Notes: generated by a model not told the origin, from the sequence alone. A stretch of DNA of 64,000 nt from Nitrospirota bacterium (GCA_963840455.1 CAWIYV010000014.1:128001-192000); one strand, 5' to 3'. Positions 41,408 to 52,300 are shown, numbered from the stretch's first letter. Program-made: numbers and translations.

Positions 41408-43237
41408 TCAGCTCATTCTTTGCTTTACCGCCTCCACGATCGCTTTCGCGGATATCCCTTCATACTCCAGCAATTCCTCCGGTTTGCCGCTCTTCGGCAT
41501 GGCGCGGACAGCGAGGCCGTGGACCGGGACCGGGTCTTTTGACAACGCGGTCCGGACCGCGTCGGCGATGCCACCCTCGGCATAGTGGTCCTCCACGGTG
41601 ATGATGAATCCCGTATCGTCGGCCGCCTGGCGGAGGGTCGCCACATCGACGGGCTTCACGCTGTAGAGATCGATGACGCGGATAAGGATGCCTTCCTTCC
41701 TGAGAGCGTCATATGCCTTGAGAGCCTCATGGAGGGTGATGCCCGCGGCCACCACGGTAGCCTTGTCCTTTTTGCTCGAACGTAGGATTTTGCTCCCCCC
41801 GATCCAGAAGGCCTCGTCGTTCCGGTAGAGGATGGGCGTGTCCATGCGTGTCGTGCGCAGATAGCAGATGCCCTGGTGCTTTGCCATCTCTTCGACGAGC
41901 TTCTCCGTGGACACGGCGTCGGACGGGTAGAACACTACGCTGCCGAGGATGGCACGGAACAGGGAGAGGTCCTCGAGTCCCATCTGGGACGACCCGTCCT
42001 CGCCGATGGAAACGCCGGCGTGGGAACCGCAGAACTTGACGTTCGCGTTCGAATATTGGCTCATGCGGACCTGGTCCGCGGCGCGGGTCATGAACGCCGC
42101 GAAGGTCGAGACAAAGGGCACCTTGCTCCGGATCGAGAGGCCGAGCGCCGTGCCGACCATGTTCTGCTCGGCGATGAACATCTCGAAGAACCGCTCGGGA
42201 TATGCCTTCTTGAATATCTCGGCGTAGGTCGAGTTGCTCACTTCGCCGTCCAGCACCACCAGGTCCGGATATTGCGAAGCAAGCCGAGTGAGGGCCGCGC
42301 CGTAGGCATGCCGTGTTGCGACCGGTTTTTCGGTTGTGTACGAGACGGACGCGGCCATAACAGATCTCACCCTCGCAGGCTTCGCCCCCTGCGGTGGCTC
42401 TATCCTTCCCCGGAGCCCCCTGTCCACCGGACCCAGCTCCCGGAGAGCCCGGGCAAGCTCGTCCTTCTTGAGCGCCTTGCCGTGCCAGCCGTTCTTGTCC
42501 TCGATGAATGACACGCCCTTTCCCTTGAGCGTCCTGGCGATGATCATGTATGGCCTGTCGCTCATCTGGGAAGCCTGCTCAAAGGCCGTCACGATCTGCG
42601 GAAGGTGATGGCCGTCGATGACGATAGGTTCCCATCCGAAGGCAGCGACCTTCCTCTTATATATTGAGAGGTCATGGCCGTACATGGTCTCACCGCGCTG
42701 GCCCAGCCTGTTCACGTCCAGGATGCCGACAAGATTGCCGAGCTTGTAGTATGCCGCGATCTCCATGGCCTCCCAGACCGAGCCTTCGGCCATCTCGCTG
42801 TCGCCGAGCAGCACATAGGTCCGGTAGGGGAGCTTGTCGAGATATTTCGCATTCATCGCCATGCCCAGCCCGATGGACAACCCCTGGCCCAGCGACCCGG
42901 TTGCCGCCTCGGTATAGCGGAACGCCGGGGTCGGATGTCCCTCCAAGGGACTGTTGAACTTCCGGAGGGTGAGCAGTTCCTTTTCCGTCACTTTTCCCGC
43001 GGCTGCCCAGATGGCATAGAACAGGGGAGAAGCGTGGCCTTTCGAGAAGATGAGCCGGTCATTGTTCGGGTGGCGGGGATCGTCCAGATCGAACCGGAAC
43101 GTGCCCCCGAACAGAAGGCCCGCCATCAGGTCGGCTGCCGACAGGGACGACGTGGGGTGGCCGGAGCCGGCCTCGGTCGTGGAAACAAGACTGTAGTAGC
43201 GGATAAGCTTTGCCAGACCTTCCAGGTCATTGTTCAT
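41408..43237 (-). CDS. tkt: Transketolase (compact, animal-like type)
   Basis: SGHPTSSLS, SKGHA, EGHP, TGSLGQG, GDSEMAEGSVWEA, IAEQNMV, GEDG.SQM. Confidence 0.95.
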   Translation of the reverse strand: MNNDLEGLAKLIRYYSLVSTTEAGSGHPTSSLSAADLMAGLLFGGTFRFDLDDPRHPNNDRLIFSKGHASPLFYAIWAAAGKVTEKELLTLRKFNSPLEGHPTPAFRYTEAATGSLGQGLSIGLGMAMNAKYLDKLPYRTYVLLGDSEMAEGSVWEAMEIAAYYKLGNLVGILDVNRLGQRGETMYGHDLSIYKRKVAAFGWEPIVIDGHHLPQIVTAFEQASQMSDRPYMIIARTLKGKGVSFIEDKNGWHGKALKKDELARALRELGPVDRGLRGRIEPPQGAKPARVRSVMAASVSYTTEKPVATRHAYGAALTRLASQYPDLVVLDGEVSNSTYAEIFKKAYPERFFEMFIAEQNMVGTALGLSIRSKVPFVSTFAAFMTRAADQVRMSQYSNANVKFCGSHAGVSIGEDGSSQMGLEDLSLFRAILGSVVFYPSDAVSTEKLVEEMAKHQGICYLRTTRMDTPILYRNDEAFWIGGSKILRSSKKDKATVVAAGITLHEALKAYDALRKEGILIRVIDLYSVKPVDVATLRQAADDTGFIITVEDHYAEGGIADAVRTALSKDPVPVHGLAVRAMPKSGKPEELLEYEGISAKAIVEAVKQRMS

Positions 43238-43316
43238 GGGAACCTCCCTTATCGTCATTCGGTCAGACAAGAATATCGGATCCTGCAGCGACGCACCATT
43301 TGGGCATTGATAGCAG

Positions 43317-43363
43317 ATCCGTCGTTATCACAGATCTGCATCTGTTTTTATCCGTGTCAAAGA
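43317..43363. repeat. Solo right arm of family A IR after nuoN
   Basis: ATCCGTCGTTATCA...TTTATCCGTGTCAAAGA resembles the reverse complement of the 50411 arm. Confidence 0.75.
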
Positions 43364-43390
43364 TTTGCCGGGTATCCCGGGCTGACCAGA

Positions 43391-44845
43391 TCACGATAGG
43401 ATCCTCTCGATGAGCCGGAGCAGGAACTGCGGAGCTGTACCGACGCCGACGAGCAGTACCGCCTGCAAGGCCACGACGACGACGCCGAATACCGGCAGGC
43501 GGCGATCAACGGGCCATTGCACTCCGTCCGGCGCATCATCGGGACCGCTGTACATGGTCATAATGACGCGCAGATAATAGTAGGCGCTGACACCGGTGTT
43601 GATCACGAGCGCCAGGACCAGTACGAGATGCTTCGATGCCATGCCTGCGGCCACGAGGGAAAACTTGGCGATGAATCCCGCGAAGAGCGGAATGCCGAGC
43701 AGCGAGAGGATCGCCGCGGACAGGACCAGGGCGATCCCGGGTCTGCGCCAGGCGAGTCCCGTGTAGCCGTCCAGGTCATCGGCATCAGCATCAGCTCCCG
43801 ACAGGAGCGTCACGACCCCGAATGAGGCGAGGTTCGTTACGACGGTGAAGAAGAGGTAGATGAGGACCGCCGTCTGCGCCAGGAGGCCGCCCGACAAGAA
43901 CGCCACAAGCAGGTAGCCGTTATGGGCTATGGTCGAATAGGCGAGCATGCGTTTGACGCTCTGCTGCCGGAGGGCAAGAAGATTTCCGAGGGTCATCGAT
44001 GCGATGGAAATAGCGGAGAACAGGATGAACAGAAAACGGTCGTTCTCGATAAGGGAGGGCGGAAAGAGCCGCAGGAGCACGGTGATGACCGCCGCCTTCG
44101 ACACCGTGGAAGCAAATATCGTCACGGGTGCCGGAGCGCCTTCATAGACGTCCGGGGCCCACACATGAAAGGGGACCAGGGCGAGCTTGAAGCCCAGCCC
44201 CGCGATAAGGAGTGCCACGCCGAGATGATGGACCGGCGTCTGTGCACTCAGAAGCCGGAAGGAGGTGATGGCAGGGCCGAACAGCAGGCTTCCGGATCCG
44301 GCATACAGGAGCGCAATACCAAAAAGCAGGAATGCCGAGGAGACGCCGGAGAGGACCAGATATTTGAAGCCCGCTTCGATCCCGCGCGGACGATGGCGGT
44401 TATAAGCTGCCATGGCGACCAGGGGGATGCCGATGAGCTCGACCCCGAGAACGAGGGAGGCAAAGTGTGAGCTGGCGATGAGCACGAGGCCTCCCAGGGT
44501 CGCCAGCATCAGGAGTATGGTGAACTCACCTGCGGGCAACGCCTGCCTCTTGAAGTAGGGGTGAGCAAGGATGATGACGCACAACGCGGCGAACAGGACC
44601 AGACCGGTCGAGAACGCGGCAACGCCGTCAAGAAAAAGCAGGTCCGTACAGGGAGCCGGCAGACGGGGCATGACGGCGCCGAGGGAGAGCAATGAGCAGA
44701 TCAGGGTGAGGCCCGCGAGGAAAAGAACGGCCGCCTGGCGGCGAAATACCGCGGCGGAGATCAAGACGATGACCGTGCCCGCGGCAAGGATGACATGCGG
44801 GAGAATGGTCAGGAGATCAAAGCGCGTCACAGGCATCCCGGTCAT
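43391..44845 (-). CDS. nuoN: NADH-quinone oxidoreductase subunit N
   Basis: [48 protein letters not shown]. Confidence 0.95.
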   Translation of the reverse strand: MTGMPVTRFDLLTILPHVILAAGTVIVLISAAVFRRQAAVLFLAGLTLICSLLSLGAVMPRLPAPCTDLLFLDGVAAFSTGLVLFAALCVIILAHPYFKRQALPAGEFTILLMLATLGGLVLIASSHFASLVLGVELIGIPLVAMAAYNRHRPRGIEAGFKYLVLSGVSSAFLLFGIALLYAGSGSLLFGPAITSFRLLSAQTPVHHLGVALLIAGLGFKLALVPFHVWAPDVYEGAPAPVTIFASTVSKAAVITVLLRLFPPSLIENDRFLFILFSAISIASMTLGNLLALRQQSVKRMLAYSTIAHNGYLLVAFLSGGLLAQTAVLIYLFFTVVTNLASFGVVTLLSGADADADDLDGYTGLAWRRPGIALVLSAAILSLLGIPLFAGFIAKFSLVAAGMASKHLVLVLALVINTGVSAYYYLRVIMTMYSGPDDAPDGVQWPVDRRLPVFGVVVVALQAVLLVGVGTAPQFLLRLIERILS

Positions 44846-45153
44846 CCTTTCATGGCCGATGCCTCGCGGGCATCAAGCGACCTGAAACGGTGATAGAAGT
44901 TGAGGACGAGGGCCAGCCCCACGGCGACCTCGGCGGCTGCAAGGGTCAGGATGAAGATGAACATCACCTGGCCGTCCGCCTGGCCCCAGTGGGCGCCCGC
45001 GACGATGAATGCCAGGCCCGCGGCATTCAGCATGATCTCCAGGGACATGAGCATGAAGACGATGTTCCTGCGGACCAGAACGCCGGCGAGGCCGAGCGAG
45101 AACAGGATGGCCGCAAGGATCAGGCCGTGTTCCAGGGGGATTGTTGCGATCAT
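44842..45153 (-). CDS. nuoK: NADH-quinone oxidoreductase subunit K
   Basis: [29 protein letters not shown]. Confidence 0.97.
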   Translation of the reverse strand: MIATIPLEHGLILAAILFSLGLAGVLVRRNIVFMLMSLEIMLNAAGLAFIVAGAHWGQADGQVMFIFILTLAAAEVAVGLALVLNFYHRFRSLDAREASAMKG

Positions 45154-45172
45154 AGGCAAACATCCTTTCTTG

Positions 45173-45250
45173 GACACTGAAGACTCTGAGAGAAGCTATG
45201 AAGAACCCATGAAAAGGCCATTTCCTCTTATGGTCAGTGTCCTCAGTGTC
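45173..45250. repeat. Family A IR element in the nuoJ/K spacer
   Basis: GACACTGAAGACTCTGA ... TCAGTGTCCTCAGTGTC. Confidence 0.85.
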
Positions 45251-45747
45251 TAATTGTTCTGTTCCCGTCGTCCGAGATGATACGCACCCACGAGTCCTGC
45301 CAGCAGGAGCATGGATGCCAGTTCCACGCCGAGCGCGTAGGGGCCGAAGAGCGCAATGCCGACCTGCTTCGGAGGAATCGGCGCGCCGCTCAGGACCTGG
45401 GCGCCGTCATGCAGGAAGAAGTAAGCGAGCTCGAGCGCCAGGATGCCGCAGAGGATCGAAGGTCCCCGCCAGATGCCGGGCCTCAACCACTGCGCTTCCT
45501 GCCGCGCCGTTGCGCTGCCCAGGTTCAACATCATGATCACAAAGATGAACAGGACCATGATGGCGCCTGCATAGATGATGATCTCGAGCGCCGCTGCAAA
45601 AGGTGCGCCGAGGGTAAAAAAGAGGAGCGCCACGGACAGGAGCGATACGATGAGATACAGCAGCGCATGCACCGCGTTCGTCCGGGTGATGACCATGACG
45701 GTCGCGATGACCGCCACGAAGGCTGATATATAAAACAGAACATTCAT
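45250..45747 (-). CDS. nuoJ: NADH-quinone oxidoreductase subunit J
   Basis: NAVHALLYL, IIYAGAIMVLF.FV.MML, ELASMLLL. Confidence 0.97.
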   Translation of the reverse strand: MNVLFYISAFVAVIATVMVITRTNAVHALLYLIVSLLSVALLFFTLGAPFAAALEIIIYAGAIMVLFIFVIMMLNLGSATARQEAQWLRPGIWRGPSILCGILALELAYFFLHDGAQVLSGAPIPPKQVGIALFGPYALGVELASMLLLAGLVGAYHLGRREQNN

Positions 45748-45758
45748 AAAATATCCTT

Positions 45759-45922
45759 CGCCACTGGCGCAGAGACACAGAGAGAGCCAAAATAGTTTAC
45801 CGCAGAGGAACAGAGGAAAGTCTGAAAAGAGGAAGGCGAGAACGTGGGAAGAGAGGCGAACTATCTTGCTTCCCTTCTTAATTTCTCAGCGCTTTTCTCT
45901 GCGCCTCTGAGCCTCTGTGGCG
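45759..45922. repeat. Family A IR element in the nuoI/J spacer
   Basis: CGCCACTGGCGCAGAGACACAGAG...CCGCAGAGGAACAGAG ... CTCTGCGCCTCTGAGCCTCTGTGGCG. Confidence 0.8.
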
Positions 45923-45926
45923 GATT

Positions 45927-46442
45927 CTACGGCAGCAGGCTTTTCACGTCCACCGGTGGTTCCTCGTTCAATCCTTCTCCCTTGTCCTTACCCCCGATGG
46001 CCAGGCCGGCGACCTTATAGAAGTCATACCCGGGATATTTCCCCGGGCCGCTGATCAGCAGGTCCTCTTTTTCATACACCAGGTTCTGCCGGACATACTC
46101 GCCCATCTCGAAGTCCGTCGTCAGCTGGATGGCATAGGTCGGGCATGCCTCCTCGCAGTATCCGCAGAAGATGCAGCGCGAGAAATTGATGCGGAAAAAG
46201 GACGGGTAACGCCTTCCCTGTTCGTCCTCCGCGGCCTGGAGCGAGATGCAGCTCACCGGACAGGCAACGGCGCAGAGGTTGCAGGCCACGCAGCGCTCCT
46301 TCCCTTCGGGGTCCCGGGAAAGGATGATCCTGCCGCGCCAGCGGGGCGGGATAGCAGGCCGGTCCTCGGGATACTGGAGCGTCGCCCGCTTCCGGAAGGT
46401 GGTCCTCAGGACCGTCCATATGGATCTGAGAAGACTGAACAT
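45927..46442 (-). CDS. nuoI: NADH-quinone oxidoreductase subunit I
   Basis: [12 protein letters not shown] and [12 protein letters not shown]. Confidence 0.98.
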   Translation of the reverse strand: MFSLLRSIWTVLRTTFRKRATLQYPEDRPAIPPRWRGRIILSRDPEGKERCVACNLCAVACPVSCISLQAAEDEQGRRYPSFFRINFSRCIFCGYCEEACPTYAIQLTTDFEMGEYVRQNLVYEKEDLLISGPGKYPGYDFYKVAGLAIGGKDKGEGLNEEPPVDVKSLLP

Positions 46443-46451
46443 GAGTTTTTA

Positions 46452-46534
46452 TGACACGGAGGACACTGAAAAGACGTATGAAGTTCTGTATTACATCATA
46501 GTTTTTTCATAGAACAACAGTGTCCTCAGTGTCA
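46452..46534. repeat. Family A IR element in the nuoH/I spacer
   Basis: TGACACGGAGGACACTG ... CAGTGTCCTCAGTGTCA. Confidence 0.85.
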
Positions 46535-46546
46535 AAATAGTATCTC

Positions 46547-47500
46547 TTAGCCTTTCATGAGTATCCAGGCTCCGGTCGCAACAAGGTTCGCCAGCGACAG
46601 CGGCAGCATCACTTTCCATCCAAAGGCCATGAGCTGGTCGTACCGGGGGCGGGGAAGCGACGCCCGGATCAATATGAAGAAACAGATGAAGACGAAGGTC
46701 TTGAGCAGGAACCAGACGATCGGCGGCAGGAGCGGCCCATGCCATCCGCCGAAGAACAGCACGACGGTCATGGCGGACATGAGCGTGATGCCCAGGTATT
46801 CGCCGGCGAAGAACAGGCCGAACTTCAGGCCTGAGTACTCTGCATGATACCCTGCGACAAGTTCGCTCTCGGCCTCGGGAAGGTCGAAGGGAAGGCGGCG
46901 GGTCTCAGCGATGCCGGCAATGAAGAAGACCGCGAAGCCAAAGAATTGAGGTACGATGAACCATTGGCGGCGCTGGGCCTCGACGATGGCGACCAGGTCG
47001 AAGGAACCCGCTATCATGACCACGCCCATGAGCGAAAGGCCCATGAACACCTCGTAACTCAGCATCTGTGCCGCCGCCCGCAGGCCGCCCAGCAGCGAGT
47101 ACTTGCTGTTCGAGGCCCAGCCGGCCAGGGCGACGCTGTACACGCTGAGCGATGACATGGCAAGAAAGAACAGGATGCCGATGTTCAGGTCCACGACCTC
47201 GATGCCGGGGGCGAAGGGGATGACGGCAAAGGACATGACCACGGCGACCATGATGATGGCAGGCGCCAGGACGAACACCGCCTTGTCGGCGAACGGCGGT
47301 ATCCAATCCTCCTTTGCGAGCACCTTGATCATATCGGCGGCCACCTGCAGGAGGCCGAACGGCCCGACCCGGTTCGGCCCGTAGCGGTACTGCCAAAGAG
47401 CGAGGAGCCGTCGTTCGAGCCAGATCAGCAGACCACCGACGGTCAGGACCGAGATGAGGACGCTGAAAAGGATGATGAGGTGAAGGATGGTATCGCGCAT
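46547..47500 (-). CDS. nuoH: NADH-quinone oxidoreductase subunit H
   Basis: [44 protein letters not shown]. Confidence 0.98.
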   Translation of the reverse strand: MRDTILHLIILFSVLISVLTVGGLLIWLERRLLALWQYRYGPNRVGPFGLLQVAADMIKVLAKEDWIPPFADKAVFVLAPAIIMVAVVMSFAVIPFAPGIEVVDLNIGILFFLAMSSLSVYSVALAGWASNSKYSLLGGLRAAAQMLSYEVFMGLSLMGVVMIAGSFDLVAIVEAQRRQWFIVPQFFGFAVFFIAGIAETRRLPFDLPEAESELVAGYHAEYSGLKFGLFFAGEYLGITLMSAMTVVLFFGGWHGPLLPPIVWFLLKTFVFICFFILIRASLPRPRYDQLMAFGWKVMLPLSLANLVATGAWILMKG

Positions 47501-47533
47501 AATTGTTACGGAGCGTACCGTATTGTTTCCATC

Positions 47534-47630
47534 CTTTGCCGCCGAGAAACACAGAGGACACTAGAGAAAGGCCGGTATCCTTGGTGGTCCTGAATTCTTC
47601 CCGGTGAACTCGGAGACCTCGGTGGCAAAG
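47534..47630. repeat. Family A IR element in the nuoG/H spacer
   Basis: CTTTGCCGCCGAGAAACACAGAGGACAC ... CTCGGAGACCTCGGTGGCAAAG. Confidence 0.8.
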
Positions 47631-47648
47631 TATTTAAGGCTCTTGTTC

Positions 47649-50388
47649 CTATGACCGTTTGACGATGCTTCCGAACGCCGGACCGTTCATGCCCCCGAGG
47701 GGGAGGACACCGGCCGGGTAGCCCGCCATGCCCGGCCGCAGGTCGGGCAGGATGGCCACGCGGCATTGGAGCCGTGTGCCGCCGGATAACAGCTCGACAA
47801 GGTCACCGGAAGATGCATTGAGCAGTTCCGCATCGCGCGGTCCCAGGGCAAGATAAGGTCCTGCTGCAAGTGCTGCGATGCCTGCAGCCTGTGCGCTCAG
47901 TTCCTCGGAGCCGAAGAGGTGATGCAGCGGGAACAGGAGCCATGTGCCCGGTCCTGTTGTAAAGGGCCCGGGAACGCCGTTGAAATAAGTCCCTGGCCCG
48001 GAGCTCCCCGGTCCCGGGAACAGCCTGCCCGCTTCTTCGCCTTCGGGCCGTACCGCCTCAGCGAATGCCGGCCCGTTCAACGCCTGGACCGAGTTCCATC
48101 CTGGCGACCAATACCGTGAGATGAGCGGCAAAGGCGGCCGGCCCTCGTAGCCTTCCATCGAGAAGGCCAGGGGAGAATCCGGGTCCTCCGGTGGTTTTTG
48201 TTCATGCACGTTCAAATTCGCAAGCATGGCAGTGCGCCCGCTGTACCGGTGCGGCTGTCGGGGGACCTTTGATCCCCTGATCCTGAATTCCGCCGGGGGC
48301 GCGATGTCCGCGGCAGGAGCAAGGACCGGCAAAGCCGATGCCATATGCTTCATGAGCGCGTCATAGGAGGGCGAACCTCCTACCGCCGTTCTCCCGGCCG
48401 CCTCCATTATATCATTGATCCATTTCCCGCTTGCCTGAATATCGCCCTGAGGGACGTATACCTGATAGGACCGCTGCGCCCGGCCTTCATTGTTCACCAG
48501 CGTCCCGTGCGATTCAGCGAAAGTGCCTGCGGGAAGTACGATGTCCGAGCGTGCTGTTGTTGCGTTGACAAGATGGTCGAGAACAATAATGTGCTTTGCC
48601 TTGCCAAGGAACGCGTCGATGGTCGCCCCGTCGCCCCTGCGGTAGAGATCGTTCTCAAGAATGATGACCGTATCGGCAAGGCCGTCCTGCATGACGGTGA
48701 AGGCTTCGCCAAGATTCCTGCCTCCCATGATGCCGGTACCCATGCTGTTGCATTCAGGGACCGTATAGCAGAGCGATGCGGCACTGCTGCTCCTGGAGAG
48801 GGCCACTGCCACGTTGGCCGCGGACATTACAATGGCATCGTTCTAGCAGACTTGTGCCGGAGACGATGAGCGGCCGCTTGGCGTCCTTGAGAGCCCGGGC
48901 GATCTGTCCGGCAAGCGCTGTGGCCTCAGGGTCCAGGTCAGCGACCTCAGGCTCAGCGGGGTCCAGTTCATGGGCAATGGCAAAGCCCAGCCGCGCGATA
49001 TCGTCGGGGGCGGCCTTATAAGACCTTGTCGAGATGTCGTCCAGTTTCGTATCGGTGACCGTGGCGATATACAGCGGGCTCTTCGCGCCCTGCCCGGCGT
49101 TCCGTACGCCTGCATCCTGCCATTTGGGGATCCTGAGCTTCGCTGCTGCATCAAGCTCTTTCTGGCGCACGGACTGGCGGAGCGAGAGGGCAAGGAGGGG
49201 GGCCGTGTTCGTCACATCCTCTCCCAGGACCAGCACCGCATCGGCGTTCCGGACATCGTGCAGGGAAGACGGCCGGGCAGGGCCTCTCCCGAGGACATCA
49301 ATGATCCGGGAGACGAGCGCATGGTCCTTATCTGACATGCCGGAGTAGAAGTTCTCCGGTCCGACAAGCGTGCGCAGAGCAAAGTTGGATTCCAGCGATG
49401 CGCGGGGCGAGCCTATGCCGATGATGCCCTTGCTGGTGGATAGGATTTCGGCGATGCGCTCGAGAGCGGATCCTTTTTCAACAGGCTGGAGGTCCCCCTC
49501 ACCCTGACCTCTCCCCGACAGGGAGAGGGGTAATATGGCAAGAGGTTTCCTGATGCGTTTATCGCTGTTCACGAACTCGTATCCAAACCGGCCACGGTCG
49601 CACAGGAAATAGCCGTTCACCTCGTAATGGAAGCGGTTCGCGATCCTGCGCAGGGAACGGTCGCGCTCGCCGGCGATGGTGTTGCATCCCAGACCGCAGT
49701 GAACACAGATGGACGGCGCGGTCTGGAGGTCCCATTTGCGGGTGAAGTGCTGCTTCAGGGTCTTGTCGGTGAACACGCCCGTGGGGCAGACCTCGACCAG
49801 GTTGCCGCTGAACCCGCTTTCGAGCACGCCGTCTTCTTGCCTGCCGAAATACACGTGGTCGTGGGCGCCGAATACATTCAGGTCCCGCCCCCCCGCGTAC
49901 TCCCGGTAGAACCGAACGCACCGATAGCACTGGATGCACCGGTTCATCTCGTGGTTGATGAATGGGCCCAGGTACTGGTTCCGGTGCGTGCGTTTCCTGA
50001 ATCGCGTGCGGCGGTACGCATGGCCTGTCATGACCGTCATGTCCTGGAGGTGACATTCGCCGCCTTCGTCGCATACCGGGCAGTCGTGCGGGTGGTTCAG
50101 CATGAGCCACTCGATCACTCCCTTCCGGAACGCCCTGGCATCCGGGTCGTCCACGGAGATGCGCATACCCTCGGTTACCGGGGTCATGCAGGACATGATG
50201 ATCTTCCCGCGCCGGTCGTGTTCGTCCTTGAACTGCTTGACCGCGCACTGGCGGCAGGCGCCAACGGCATGCAGGGCGGGGTGCCAGCAGAAGTAGGGAA
50301 GGTCGAACCCCAGCGAGAGGCACGCCTGGAGAAGGTTCTGGTCAGGCCTGACCTGGCGGGGCTGGTTGTCGATGAAGATCGTGATCAT
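47649..50388 (-). pseudogene. nuoG: NADH-quinone oxidoreductase subunit G, long type, split by a one-base frameshift near 48845 (ORFs 50388-48754 and 48827-47649)
   Basis: FCWHP...[39 protein letters not shown]; C-terminal part (LPAGTFAE..GTLVNNEGRAQR, PHRYSGRTAM) is in another frame. Confidence 0.85.
49494..49530. repeat. Palindromic element inserted in frame in nuoG
   Basis: CCCCCTCACCCTGACCTCTCCCCGACAGGGAGAGGGG, translated as [12 protein letters not shown]. Confidence 0.75.
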
Positions 50389-50410
50389 AGGGATAAGAAA
50401 AACAAAGATG

Positions 50411-50882
50411 ACCTTTGACACAGATTTACACTGATTAAAATCCTGATAACGGCGGATACTTCTTTTCTTGATTAATAGACACGGCGAACGATCTTGAGTT
50501 TCTCTCCGAAATTGACCAAGAGGCCGACTTTGATACCGGTAGCCTTGAGATAATTCACCAATTGTGCTTCATGGGCTTTTGACAGAGTGGATATGGCTTT
50601 CAACTCAACGATGACCTTGTCCTCGACAAGAAGGTCAGGAAAATATTCTCCAACAAGCTGCTTTTCAAAGAAGACATTAACCGGGACTTGTTGAACTGCT
50701 GTCAGACTCTTTTGGGCTATCTTGATCATCATCGCATTTTCGTACACTTTCTCGGAAAAGCCAAAGCCGAGCTGATTATAGACATCGTATGCACATGCGA
50801 TGATTTTATCCGTCAGTTCAGCGTGTAGATAATTCTTATCCGCAGTTATCATAGTGATATCCGCCTCTTCTGTGTCTAAGGT
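50411..50882 (-). mobile_element. GxxExxY gene cassette bounded by ~46-48-bp imperfect inverted repeats (family A)
   Basis: Arm 50411-50458 ACCTTTGACACAGA...TGATAACGGCGGATA; reverse complement of 50837-50882 is ACCTTAGACACAGA...TGATAACTGCGGATA; lower GC than nuo genes. Confidence 0.7.
50472..50852 (-). CDS. GxxExxY protein (PD-(D/E)XK-like fold)
   Basis: [43 protein letters not shown]; 126 aa. Confidence 0.95.
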   Translation of the reverse strand: MITADKNYLHAELTDKIIACAYDVYNQLGFGFSEKVYENAMMIKIAQKSLTAVQQVPVNVFFEKQLVGEYFPDLLVEDKVIVELKAISTLSKAHEAQLVNYLKATGIKVGLLVNFGEKLKIVRRVY

Positions 50883-52153
50883 TATCTCCACGGGCACTTC
50901 TTCTCCCGTATGTGCCGTTCGAAATCCTCCCGGAAGTACTTCAACGCGCTCTGGAGCGGCTCCACGGCGCCGGGGGCCAGGGCGCAGAAGGTATTGCCCG
51001 GGCCCAGGAGCCTGCACTGCTGCTCCAGGACCTCGATGTCTGACTGTTCACCCTGTCCGGTCTCGATGGCATCGAGGAGCTTAACGATCCACGGTAGCCC
51101 TTCGCGGCATGGCGTGCACCAGCCGCAGGACTCTCGGGCAAAGAAGGCTTCCAGGTTGTGAACGAACCCGACCGGGCAGGTCCGGTCATCGAGAACGGTC
51201 ATGGTGCCGGTGCCCATGCGGCTTCCGGCCTTCACGATAGAATCAAAATCCATCTGAACGTCCAGGTGGTCCGCGGTGAGAAAATCTGTCGAGGCACCGC
51301 CCGGGACCAGGCCCCGCAGGGCATAGCCGTCCTGCATGCCGCCCGCGTGGTCCTCAAGCAGCTCACGGATGGTGGTGCCCATGGGAAGCTCCCAGGCGCC
51401 CGGCCGTTTCACCCTGCCGGACACGCCGTAGATCTTGGTCCCGCCGTCGGCGGTCCTGCTGAGCGCCTTGAACCACCCGGGCCCGTTGTTCACGATGTGC
51501 GGAATGTTCGCGACCGTTTCCACATTGTTGACGACGGTGGGCCTGCCCCAGAGGCCGCAGGCCAGGGGAAAGGGCGGCTTTGCTCGGGGCGTGGCGCGTT
51601 TTCCCTCGAGCGCGTTGATCAGGGCCGTTTCCTCGCCGCAGATGTAGCGGCCCGCGCTGGTGTGGATGCGGAGCTCGAGGTTATACCCGGAGCCCAGGAT
51701 GTTGGCTCCGAGGTAGTTCTTTTCGTACGCCTCGGCGATGGCCTTGTTCAGACGCTTCTCAGCGAGCGTATATTCCCGGCGGAGGAAGATATAGGCCTTT
51801 TCCGCCTGAACGGCGTAAGAGCTCGTGATGATCCCTTCGATCATCTGGTGCGGATCACCCTCCAGCAGAAATCGGTCCTTGAAGGTCCCGGGTTCCATCT
51901 CGTCGGCGTTCACGATAAAGTAGCGGGGCTGCGGAACATTGCCGACCGGAAGCGCCAGGCCCCACTTCATGCCCGTGGGAAAGCCTGCGCCGCCGCGGCC
52001 GCGAAGGTCCGAGGCCTTGACCATCGTGATGATGTCCTTGGGAGCCATGGCGAGCGCCTTGCGGCCGGACCGGTAGCCGCCGGCCTTCTCGTATTCCGCG
52101 AGCGAGAGGGGCTCCTGACCGGGGCGTATGTTCTGAGTTAAAGGGCGTTCCAT
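50882..52153 (-). CDS. nuoF: NADH-quinone oxidoreductase subunit F
   Basis: LRGRGGAGFPTG.KW, NADEMEPGTFKDR, YICGEETAL, ESCGWCTPCREG. Confidence 0.98.
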   Translation of the reverse strand: MERPLTQNIRPGQEPLSLAEYEKAGGYRSGRKALAMAPKDIITMVKASDLRGRGGAGFPTGMKWGLALPVGNVPQPRYFIVNADEMEPGTFKDRFLLEGDPHQMIEGIITSSYAVQAEKAYIFLRREYTLAEKRLNKAIAEAYEKNYLGANILGSGYNLELRIHTSAGRYICGEETALINALEGKRATPRAKPPFPLACGLWGRPTVVNNVETVANIPHIVNNGPGWFKALSRTADGGTKIYGVSGRVKRPGAWELPMGTTIRELLEDHAGGMQDGYALRGLVPGGASTDFLTADHLDVQMDFDSIVKAGSRMGTGTMTVLDDRTCPVGFVHNLEAFFARESCGWCTPCREGLPWIVKLLDAIETGQGEQSDIEVLEQQCRLLGPGNTFCALAPGAVEPLQSALKYFREDFERHIREKKCPWR

Positions 52154-52175
52154 GATAGAGCCTTAACGAACGATA

Positions 52176-52293
52176 ACCTTTGACACGGAAGAGGCGGATG
52201 AAAAGCCTGATAACGGCGGATTACATGAATGCTGCTGGCTAAAGATCTATCCGCTCTTATCTGTAGTTCAATCCGATTTTATCCGTGTCAAAG
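52176..52293. repeat. Empty family A element (same arms as the GxxExxY cassette, ~27-bp core)
   Basis: ACCTTTGACACGGAAGAGGCGGAT...TGATAACGGCGGAT ... ATCCGCTCTTATC...ATCCGTGTCAAAG. Confidence 0.9.
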
Positions 52294-52300
52294 AAATCGT

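Noticed and set aside
50853-51017. N-terminal extension of GxxExxY (181-aa ORF in the track)
   Set aside because: It overlaps the nuoF 3' end in another frame; family length supports a start at 50852.
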